Source: Candidatus Thermosaccharophagus gerlachensis (GTDB lineage: Bacteria; Armatimonadota; Fervidibacteria; Fervidibacterales; Thermosaccharophagaceae). From it: 64,000 bases of DNA. Under the pieces are notes generated by a model. The model ran no database searches, was not told the origin of the DNA, and saw only the letters and a list, made by a program, of their open reading frames with translations. Made by a program: the position numbers and the translations under genes. Shown in pieces: positions 56,172 through 64,000 of this stretch (positions within the stretch are counted from its first letter, which is position 1; every line of letters begins with the position of its first letter). The DNA lies in NCBI GenBank assembly GCA_041538025.1, contig JBGOEV010000004.1, positions 18,161 through 82,160 of the forward strand, in the 5' to 3' direction.

Positions 56172-58622
56172 ATGTTCAACCGTTATAGACACACTGTTTT
56201 CTTGGCATTGCTCGTCATAATTGCAGTTGCGCTCATCCACAAAGTTTTGTTCTTCGGCAAAGTGCTCCTTCCAGCTGACCTATTGCTTGTAATGACACCT
56301 TGGCGATATCACGCAAAGGAACTCTTCCCAGAGTTTGTGAGGGTGCACGCACCGTTGCTTGATGTGATACAGCAATACTACCCATGGCGCAAGTTCTATT
56401 CCGAGAGCTTAAAAGAAGGAGAACTACCCCTTTGGAATCCATACATGTTCAGCGGGGCTACTTTTGTCGGGAACGGTCAGTCGGCTATATTTTATCCACT
56501 CAACCTTCTCTTCGTTTTCATGCCAGTTGATGTTGGGTTTGGTTGGTTCGTGTTAATCCACATGCTTATAGCAGCCTTTGGCACATACGCGCTACTTACA
56601 CTGTGGAGGGTGCACTCAGCACCTGCCTTCATCGGGGCTTGCTCATTCATGCTTTGTGGCTTCTTGGTAGCGTGGCTCAATTACATCACGATACTATGCA
56701 CAGCTGTATGGCTCCCGGTTTGCGTGGCAGTGTATGAGTATAGTTTGAGGCGCTCAGAGCAAGGACGCTCAATACCTCATATTCTTTTAGCCGCGTTCCT
56801 TTCATCTTTACCACTGGCGTTGTCAGCGCTCGCAGGTCATATGCAGATGGCTTTCTATGTTTGGTTTTCTTTACTCATTTACGCACTCGTTAGATGTATT
56901 CAAGCTTCGGTGTGCGTTCGTGAAAAAGGTTTGCAGTGTGTTGTTGAGGTGGCAGGACAGCATATACTGTTTTTCATCTTCTCGCTTGTTTTTGCGTTGA
57001 TGCTTTCATCACCGCAGTTGTTGCCATCGCTTGAGCTTTCAAGGATGTGCACTCGTGCAGGTCGGTTCAACTATGATGCTGTGCTCGCAAACAGCCTTCA
57101 ACCAGAGCAATGGATCAGGTTAATCGTTCCCAACTTCTTCGGCAATTACAGGGATGGCACACATTGGAGTCCGTTTGAAGTTTTCAACTTCATTGAACGA
57201 ACTGGCTATGTTGGCTTGTTACCACTTTTGCTTGCTTCAATTGGGTGCGCATTTAAGCACTCACTCCGCTTTTTCGCCATTTGCATCTTCATCATCGGTT
57301 TTATGCTCGCTACAGGCTCCCCGATTTATCTACTGCTTGGGATGTTGCCCGGCATACAACAGATGGTTGGTGCTTCAAGGGCTTTGCTCATGTTTGATTT
57401 CTCAATAGCTTTACTTGCAGCTCTGGGCGCACAAGCTATTATCTCAATGCGTAATGAGCGTTCATTGGAGCGCAAAAGGATACTACGCTTCATCCTCATG
57501 CCATGTGCTATATCCGTGGCTTTGATGATACTTTCATGCGCTTACGGCATGAGTTGCTTTTGGGATGTTATAGCCACATCGCCACTTGCAGGCTATGAAC
57601 GATGGCAGCTCTACAGGGCTTCCATCTTGCTCATCTTGAGTTGCTTCGCTATCGCCTTTGCCTTACACCGTTTAACTGCAAAATTATCATCAGCGGTGAT
57701 GATAGCGCTTGTGGTTGCAGACCTATTCTCATTTGCGTATGACCTCAACCCATCTTGCGATAGGCGCATGGTCTTCTTTTGGACTGACTCCTTGCGCTGG
57801 ATAAGTGAACACATTGGCAGACACCGTATTATGGCTATCGGCACAGACGCAATAAAACATTGGATGCCTTCAAACACGCCTATGGTCTATAGGTTGAGAG
57901 ATGCACAAGGCTCTGATTCGCTATGGACTATGCGGTATGCTCGTTTCCTAAAGTGCATTGATCCAGACCTCCCCGGCTTCTCGCTTGATAACTTAGATTC
58001 ACAACTGCTTGATCTGGTGTCGGTGAAGTTCTTCATATCTGGCGCACCAATTGAGCACGCCAAGAAGAACATAAAAGAACTCCAAGCTTCAGACATGTGG
58101 CTGTATGAAAACTTGGATGTCTTTCCGAGAGCCTTTATGGTGACAGATTGGTTGATTGTAGATTCGCCACAGCAGTCCTTTTCACTTGTTTGCGAAGCTG
58201 ATAGGCATCGTATCAACCTGATGGATAAAGCCATTATTGAGCTACCTGAACGGTCAAAGCAGTATAAGCTCGCCTCACCAACCACAAAACATAAACGCGG
58301 CAACGTCACAATTGTGCTTGATGCACCAAACAGATTGATGCTTGATGCTACCTCTTTTGGGACTCAGGTGCTCGTTATCGCCGACTCTTATTACCCAGGT
58401 TGGAGAGCATATGTTGATGGCGAGCACAAACCGCTGTTCATTGTTGATTATGTGTTCAGGGGTTTGTTCGTGCCCTCTGGAAGACACATCGTTTGGCTTT
58501 CGTATGAGCCAACATCGGTGCTCATAGGTGTCTATACTGCTTGTGTCTGCATGTCCATGTTTGTTGGCGTCGCTGTTTTGCTCCTCTTACGTAGGTATCA
58601 TTCATCACAACCAGCGATGTAA
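56172..58622 (+). CDS. YfhO-family membrane protein (GT-C-like)
   Basis: DVIQQYYP, PLWNPY..G, FYPLN, LAGHMQ, GYVG, C-terminal YYPGWRAYVDG..FRGLFVPSGRH..YEP. Confidence 0.85.
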   Translation: MFNRYRHTVFLALLVIIAVALIHKVLFFGKVLLPADLLLVMTPWRYHAKELFPEFVRVHAPLLDVIQQYYPWRKFYSESLKEGELPLWNPYMFSGATFVGNGQSAIFYPLNLLFVFMPVDVGFGWFVLIHMLIAAFGTYALLTLWRVHSAPAFIGACSFMLCGFLVAWLNYITILCTAVWLPVCVAVYEYSLRRSEQGRSIPHILLAAFLSSLPLALSALAGHMQMAFYVWFSLLIYALVRCIQASVCVREKGLQCVVEVAGQHILFFIFSLVFALMLSSPQLLPSLELSRMCTRAGRFNYDAVLANSLQPEQWIRLIVPNFFGNYRDGTHWSPFEVFNFIERTGYVGLLPLLLASIGCAFKHSLRFFAICIFIIGFMLATGSPIYLLLGMLPGIQQMVGASRALLMFDFSIALLAALGAQAIISMRNERSLERKRILRFILMPCAISVALMILSCAYGMSCFWDVIATSPLAGYERWQLYRASILLILSCFAIAFALHRLTAKLSSAVMIALVVADLFSFAYDLNPSCDRRMVFFWTDSLRWISEHIGRHRIMAIGTDAIKHWMPSNTPMVYRLRDAQGSDSLWTMRYARFLKCIDPDLPGFSLDNLDSQLLDLVSVKFFISGAPIEHAKKNIKELQASDMWLYENLDVFPRAFMVTDWLIVDSPQQSFSLVCEADRHRINLMDKAIIELPERSKQYKLASPTTKHKRGNVTIVLDAPNRLMLDATSFGTQVLVIADSYYPGWRAYVDGEHKPLFIVDYVFRGLFVPSGRHIVWLSYEPTSVLIGVYTACVCMSMFVGVAVLLLLRRYHSSQPAM

Positions 58623-59687
58623 GAATTGGAAAGCCCCCTTCCCATAGAACATGTGCTCGCCTTCAAATATCTCTAACCCAAGTTTCTCGCTTGCATTGAA
58701 GACCGAGTAGATTTTACTCAACCGCTCGTAGGAACGCATTGTTGCCTCAACAGGGAATATCGCATCCTTAGTGCCAGACTCAACGAACAAAGCCCTCGGC
58801 GCAATCAAGCCAGCGATATCCCACATCTCTGCAAATTTAAGGATTGATGGGATATAGTTGTCAATGCAGTGTGGTATGCTCATGATGCTATCGCCGAATG
58901 TGTTGAAGTAACCACTCACAACAGCCACTTTAATCCTTTCGTCAATTGCAGCTGCAAAAAGTGCGGTTGCACCACCACCAGATATGCCCATTACAGCTAT
59001 CCTATCGCTTTCAATCTCCTCCCTCATGTTCAAGTAATCAATTGCCCTTATGACATCGTAAACGCGCCATCCAAGCATGGTCTCGCCGAAGAGCAGAGCT
59101 GCGCCAGCAGCAGGCTGGCACGATGAAGTTTCTGGTGATTGACTTCGTGCCCTTTCGTCACGCCTATGCCCAAAACCAAGTTGCTCAACAGCAAGCACTG
59201 CGTAACCGTGTTCAACACACTGTAGCGCAAAGTCCATTTGGTATCCAGCGTATGTCTGACGGATTGTCCCATCAGCGTTTATACCAACTATGTCATCAAC
59301 ACCTCTGCCGTGACCTGGTAAGCATATAACGCATGGTAGAGGTATACTTGCGCCTTCTGGCAAGAGGAAGTAAGCATACACTGATAACTCGTCTCGGCTC
59401 TGGAAGACGACTGTCTCACGTTCATACCTCACAATATCACCGCAAGTGTTGATAAAACTTAGTTTCACCTTTTCAAGCTTCCTCGGGTTAAGCTCGCACT
59501 TCCTCTTAGGGAAACCACCAAGCAACTTGATCAAGCGATTTCGTAGCCTGCGCTGCCATTCGATGGCTTCATCAAGCGATGTAGCGCTGAATGAAAGCCT
59601 TCTTCTCTGACGCTTGTAAAGGGACATCGTGAAGGCAAGTGTATCAAATTGTTTATCTTGTAGCCCCTTTTCACTTCCCTCGCTCAT
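58605..59687 (-). CDS. Alpha/beta hydrolase (Abhydrolase_7 / acetylxylan esterase-like)
   Basis: LPGHG, GISGGG nucleophile elbow, HCIDNYIP, IAPRAL..SG..D, GEH. Confidence 0.85.
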   Translation of the reverse strand: MSEGSEKGLQDKQFDTLAFTMSLYKRQRRRLSFSATSLDEAIEWQRRLRNRLIKLLGGFPKRKCELNPRKLEKVKLSFINTCGDIVRYERETVVFQSRDELSVYAYFLLPEGASIPLPCVICLPGHGRGVDDIVGINADGTIRQTYAGYQMDFALQCVEHGYAVLAVEQLGFGHRRDERARSQSPETSSCQPAAGAALLFGETMLGWRVYDVIRAIDYLNMREEIESDRIAVMGISGGGATALFAAAIDERIKVAVVSGYFNTFGDSIMSIPHCIDNYIPSILKFAEMWDIAGLIAPRALFVESGTKDAIFPVEATMRSYERLSKIYSVFNASEKLGLEIFEGEHMFYGKGAFQFLHRWL

Positions 59688-59788
59688 CGTAGCTCACCAC
59701 CGTAAGGTGTTTTTCGTTACATTTTGAAGATAGCGCAATCTGAGAGAGCAATCTTCTCTCAATATGTCGCTATGTGAGGTGAGAGGCG

Positions 59789-60994
59789 TTGCAACTGGAT
59801 TTGCTATCCAAAGTGAGTTTGCTACCGCTCTTTGGATTGTCTGTGCAACTCTTCAGCTCGCTGTGTGTATACCTTCTCGCTCAACCCTTCTTCCGCACGC
59901 TCATGAAGCGAGTTGGCGTGGCAAGCATGCATAGCTTTTTCAAGCTACTCGTGGACATGCTTCCGATGGCTTTTGCTTCATGTTCTGCCAACCTGTTTTC
60001 TATCGTTGCAGAACCGTATGAGTTTGGTTATCTGATGCCATATGGAACTGCGCTTCTATGGCTCTTGTTTGTTTACATGTTCGTTGCAAGATTGATGCGA
60101 TTGTTCCTGCCGATTGAGATTGCAACGCAATATGAACTTATGCTTTGGCTTCCTGTAATGGTTTTAATGTCGCTCCTTTACTTCGTTGGGGCACTACCAA
60201 AACTTTTTGAACTCCTATCGCACCCGTTGCTTCGTATTGGAAAGAATGAAATCCCAGTTTCATCGCTCATCATAGCTGTGGCTGTTAGCATCGTTGCAAT
60301 TTGGTTCAGCAATGTCGTTTCAAACAGCGTCCATAAGTCAGCGCTGATGCGCTACGAAATTGACGAGCATATAGCCTACATTCTCTCGCAGTCCCTAAGG
60401 GTTGGCATTTTGGTGGTCGGTATGTTCTTTGTCATTGACACGCTCGGCATAGATCTCTCCTCGCTTAAGTTCTTTGCTGGCGGTTTCGGGGTTGCACTCG
60501 GCTTCGGTATGCAACAGATAGCCAACAATTTCATAAGCGGGATGCTCCTCATCATTGAGAGGTCTGTGCGCATTGGTGATGTCATAAGCGTTGCTGGTCA
60601 GCTCGGAAGGGTTGAACGAATAACTGCGCGCTCCACCACAATATGCACGCCAGATGATAAGCACATCATCATACCGAACATGCATCTCCTGACGATGCCA
60701 GTCATGCGTATAGCGAAGGACAGCCCCTTCTGCATTCAGCTCTCCATAAGCACAGCTCACCCTGACGATTTGGATAAGCTTCAGGCGCTGTTATTAAGGG
60801 CTGTCTCAGAACACCCAAGGGTAGCAAAGGAACCAGCGCCAGAGTTACGGCTTACCAAGTTTTCCTCTGACGCAGTCTCATTTGAGCTGTCCGTCTGGGT
60901 TGAAGCTATCGGCAAAGATGCGTTGCGAGTTGAGAGTGAGCTATATAGGAGGCTCTTTGAAGCCGTCAAAAGCTCGGGTGTAGGAATCAAGTGA
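59789..60994 (+). CDS. Mechanosensitive ion channel MscS family
   Basis: GVALGFGMQQIANNFISG, ERSVRIGD, IIIPN. Confidence 0.9.
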   Translation: MQLDLLSKVSLLPLFGLSVQLFSSLCVYLLAQPFFRTLMKRVGVASMHSFFKLLVDMLPMAFASCSANLFSIVAEPYEFGYLMPYGTALLWLLFVYMFVARLMRLFLPIEIATQYELMLWLPVMVLMSLLYFVGALPKLFELLSHPLLRIGKNEIPVSSLIIAVAVSIVAIWFSNVVSNSVHKSALMRYEIDEHIAYILSQSLRVGILVVGMFFVIDTLGIDLSSLKFFAGGFGVALGFGMQQIANNFISGMLLIIERSVRIGDVISVAGQLGRVERITARSTTICTPDDKHIIIPNMHLLTMPVMRIAKDSPFCIQLSISTAHPDDLDKLQALLLRAVSEHPRVAKEPAPELRLTKFSSDAVSFELSVWVEAIGKDALRVESELYRRLFEAVKSSGVGIK

Positions 60995-61001
60995 GCTTGT
61001 T

Positions 61002-61811
61002 TTATTCCTCGTTGTGTATCCTTCTCGCTTCCTTCCAAACCTCCTTCAAGTGTGCTCCTATGAGGGCTGCGAAATAACCGGCACCAAATCCGTTGTCAAT
61101 GTTGACTACAACAAGCCCCGGAGAACAGGAGTTGAGCATCGTCAGAAGCGCTGCAAGACCTTGGAAGCTTGCTCCATAGCCAACGCTTGTCGGGACTGCT
61201 ATCACAGGTTGCTTGATAAGACCAGCAACGACACTTGGCAATGCTCCTTCCATCCCAGCAACAACGATCACAACATGAGCATTTTCAATCGTTTGGCGGT
61301 GGTCAAGGAGACGATGTAGCCCAGCTACTCCAACATCGTATATGCGGGAAACTTGCATGCCAAAAGCTTCTGCGGTTAAAGCTGCTTCCTCTGCAACGGG
61401 GAGGTCGGCAGTGCCAGCTGATAAAACCACTGCCTTAGGAGTGAACTCTTCCCTTGTTCTGTTTTCTTCCTCCTCTTTTGAGCGGACGATTATCATCCGT
61501 GCGAGTTCATGATATTCAGCGTGCTGCACAACTTCCTTCACTGCTTCATACATTTCCTTCGATGCCCTCGTTGCGAGGACTTTCCCACCGCGAGACGATA
61601 TGGTAGCAATGATTTGTTTAACTTGTTCAGCCGTCTTACCTTGGCAGAAGACAACCTCGGGGAAACCGCGCCTTAACACTCTGTGGTGATCAAGTTTTGC
61701 AAACCCGAGTTCCTCATAAGGCAAAGCGCGAAGCTTTTCAAGCGCTTCATCAACGCTTATCGCATGCTTATGCAAATCTTCCAACACCCTCCTAATGTGC
61801 TCTACAAGCAT
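61002..61811 (-). CDS. larB: Nickel pincer cofactor biosynthesis protein LarB
   Basis: GFPEVVFCQGKT, AGTADLPVAEEA, DVGVAGLHRL, AGMEGALPSVV, PTSVGYG, NIDNGFGA. Confidence 0.93.
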   Translation of the reverse strand: MLVEHIRRVLEDLHKHAISVDEALEKLRALPYEELGFAKLDHHRVLRRGFPEVVFCQGKTAEQVKQIIATISSRGGKVLATRASKEMYEAVKEVVQHAEYHELARMIIVRSKEEEENRTREEFTPKAVVLSAGTADLPVAEEAALTAEAFGMQVSRIYDVGVAGLHRLLDHRQTIENAHVVIVVAGMEGALPSVVAGLIKQPVIAVPTSVGYGASFQGLAALLTMLNSCSPGLVVVNIDNGFGAGYFAALIGAHLKEVWKEARRIHNEE

Positions 61812-61843
61812 CGCCCTCCCACCTATCGCTTTCCTTGTTTTAA

Positions 61844-62500
61844 CTATCCTTTGCTTTTCATCTTCTCCTCAAGCATCTTTTTCAAGCGCTCGTAGTTACG
61901 CTTTACAACTGCGTCTTCTGGTGCTTCGTTCAATCTCTCACGCCATACCCTCAATGCATCTTCTAACCTTCCAACTCTTTCGTAAGCTTTAGCAAGCGCA
62001 TGCTTCACCCAGAATGGTGCTGGCAACGCTGAAGCAATCTCATACCATTTGACTGCCTCTTCAAACTTCTTGTGACGCGTCAGAATGAAACCGATGTCAA
62101 ACGGGATTTGGTAGGATGACTTGTTTATTTTGAAGCCGTTCTCAAGCAGTAAGAGCGCCTCTTGTGTTCTGTCCATGCTATCAAGCAACCATGCTGCAAC
62201 ACTATACGCCTCAACGAAGTGAGGATCAAGAGCAATGCTACCGTAATGCATCCGCACAGCCGATTCATAATCACCGATATGGAAGTAACGGTCGCTCATC
62301 AGCCAAAGTATATCCACAGCTTGATCACGAACTGTGACTGCATCATGAGTGTAGTGTTTGAAAGAGGGTAAGAGTGGCATGTAGCTTCTCGTTGCATGCC
62401 TATGCTTCACTTCGCCACTTTGTTCACACATGCCGACAAGCAAAACACAAAGGGCAAAGGGAACAAACCAAAGCGCTGGAATGAACATTGGCTTCCTCAT
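61844..62500 (-). CDS. Exported/membrane-anchored TPR protein
   Basis: N-terminal hydrophobic segment, then TPR-like units (ALDPHFVEAY, FEEAVKWY, LEDALRVW). Confidence 0.75.
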   Translation of the reverse strand: MRKPMFIPALWFVPFALCVLLVGMCEQSGEVKHRHATRSYMPLLPSFKHYTHDAVTVRDQAVDILWLMSDRYFHIGDYESAVRMHYGSIALDPHFVEAYSVAAWLLDSMDRTQEALLLLENGFKINKSSYQIPFDIGFILTRHKKFEEAVKWYEIASALPAPFWVKHALAKAYERVGRLEDALRVWRERLNEAPEDAVVKRNYERLKKMLEEKMKSKG

Positions 62501-62502
62501 GT

Positions 62503-63999
62503 TTATCTTACCTCCGTGAAATCGCTACACCTTACTTGCCTTACCCTTAAGAGTTCTCCGAGCGGCATGACTTCATAACCAAGCTTCTGCAACCCATCAA
62601 GCAAGTATGGAAGCACATCTGGGCTTGCATCCATCCCGTTGTGCATAAGTATGATTGAACCCGGTTTAACAGCATTGAGCATTTTAGCTGCTATCTGTTG
62701 TGGTGTTCCACGATGCTCACCGATGTTGATATTCCATTTAGCGCATAAGTAGTTCTGTTCCATGAGAGTTGAAGTGAGGGCATCGTTTATCCCACCGCCC
62801 GGTGGACGAAACAAAGTTGGATGGATACCACAAACCTCCGAGATGAGTATGTCAGTGAGTAACAGTTCACATTCAATGTCGTTTTTGCTCAGCATGCGTG
62901 CGGGAGTGTGTGAGTATGAATGGTTTCCCACCTCGTGTCCAGCATTAACTATAGCCTTAAGAAGCTCAGGATATTCTTTCACCATCTCGCCAACAACGAA
63001 GAAGGTTGCTTTGACTCCATAGCGGGAGAGGGTTTGCAATATCTGTTCTGTGTATGGTGTCCTTGGTCCGTCATCAAATGTGAGTGCGACTGCCTTTCTA
63101 TATGGTGGCGCTGAAGTTACAAGAAGCGGTATGTTGTAGCCAGATGTGAGGCTTCTACGCAACCTTACAAGATGCTTGACGAGAGCTTCGTTGCGTGTGC
63201 GCAAATAAAGTTTCCCAAGCTCGTGAAACGCCTTGTGCAAATTCCCCGTTGCTTCATACGCTAAGCCGAGTATAAGCTCAACGCCTTCGTCGTCCACATC
63301 AAGGAGGCGAATCGGTGGTAGAATTGAGTTGGGTTGTATTGTCGCTTGCTCACCAGATAAAGAGATTGACCTTGTTTGTGCATGCACTGTTTTTAAGCTC
63401 GTCGTCTCCGCTGCGATTCGCCTTATGAATTGTTGTCTTCCAGAGGTGTCGTCCCCCTCAGCGATGGCTCGTTGTTGAATTGAGCTGATCGTCGATGGAG
63501 CAATATAAACCTTTTGTGTGCTCGCAGCGCAAACCGAGCCGTCGCGCCTTAAGACGAGAACAGTGAGTGTGTGTTTTCCCGGTGTTTCAGCGCTCGTATC
63601 CCACTCCCATTCAAATGGTGTTTTGTTAGTTCTGAACCTCTCCTCGCAATCAACATGGAAGCTCACTTGAGATGCTTCTGGGAAAGCCGATACATCAACG
63701 CTGATTCGCACACGCCCACTTAGCAACCTGATGCCATCATCGCTTGTTGCACTTTGGTTTTGCTTTCCTCTCCTGATGCTCAAAAGTGTTGTAGCATCTG
63801 CGCGTCGTATCGTGCTCGTTTTAGTGCTCATGCTTTGTGTGCTCTCCCCATCACCCTTATGCATGCTTACAAGTCTCTCAATCTCCCCCAATGGCACATC
63901 CCTTGCTCGGGGTGTCAGCATAACGAGTTTTATCCCGTCGTCATCGCTTATCACGGAGAGTTTGATGATGCCATTCATGTTGCTACTCTCGCTTTGCAT
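62503..63999 (-). CDS. Polysaccharide deacetylase (CE4/NodB) with N-terminal Ig-like domain; may extend beyond window
   Basis: LTFDDGP, ATFFVVG, GNHSYSH, FRPPGG, IILMH. Ig-like PFEWEWDT..GKHTL upstream. Confidence 0.88.
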   Translation of the reverse strand: MQSESSNMNGIIKLSVISDDDGIKLVMLTPRARDVPLGEIERLVSMHKGDGESTQSMSTKTSTIRRADATTLLSIRRGKQNQSATSDDGIRLLSGRVRISVDVSAFPEASQVSFHVDCEERFRTNKTPFEWEWDTSAETPGKHTLTVLVLRRDGSVCAASTQKVYIAPSTISSIQQRAIAEGDDTSGRQQFIRRIAAETTSLKTVHAQTRSISLSGEQATIQPNSILPPIRLLDVDDEGVELILGLAYEATGNLHKAFHELGKLYLRTRNEALVKHLVRLRRSLTSGYNIPLLVTSAPPYRKAVALTFDDGPRTPYTEQILQTLSRYGVKATFFVVGEMVKEYPELLKAIVNAGHEVGNHSYSHTPARMLSKNDIECELLLTDILISEVCGIHPTLFRPPGGGINDALTSTLMEQNYLCAKWNINIGEHRGTPQQIAAKMLNAVKPGSIILMHNGMDASPDVLPYLLDGLQKLGYEVMPLGELLRVRQVRCSDFTEVR

Positions 64000-64000
64000 C

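Noticed and set aside
58605-58622. 18-bp convergent overlap of yfhO and the hydrolase gene
   Set aside because: Ordinary in compact genomes.
1-64000. Mobile elements, prophage, defence islands, tRNA or rRNA
   Set aside because: No integrase, transposase, nuclease or RNA-gene signature recognised, and composition looks uniform by eye.

Overview
Gene-dense bacterial chromosome window, about 46% GC by eye, containing 53 CDS. I found no tRNA, rRNA, CRISPR array, transposase or phage gene. Gene content suggests a diderm, probably thermophilic polysaccharide degrader such as Armatimonadota/Fervidibacteria; this is inference only. Layout: (1) an ECF sigma / zinc anti-sigma / MucB-RseB-like triad running directly into an 11-gene type II secretion cluster (gspE-F-G-H-I-J-K, PilM-PilN fusion, PilO, GspC-like, an extra-long GspD); (2) rimO, a 636-aa unknown protein, xylulokinase and a P1 peptidase; (3) a minus-strand run of MttB-family methyltransferase, cysteine desulfurase-like protein, response regulator, hybrid kinase, TPR protein, PflX, leuD and rluD; (4) lspA-rplS-lepB-M48-Cof-TPR; (5) nadK-recN-steA-steB/mctB-GT2-MraY-like-hypothetical-leuB-purD; (6) a minus-strand sugar cluster of GH172, two Gfo/Idh/MocA, Zn-dehydrogenase and a corrinoid protein; (7) two GT-C-like membrane proteins, an esterase, MscS and a deacetylase-TPR-larB run. 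Best leads: the 636-aa protein apparently built from about five RNAP-delta/HARE-like winged helices plus a B3-like pseudobarrel; the secretin with six N-domain repeats and aromatic loops; the steA-steB-GT2-MraY-like cassette in a diderm; the corrinoid protein inside a sugar locus; three structured intergenic regions; and strong GGCC/GTAC avoidance. All family calls come from motif recognition; no database search was run.
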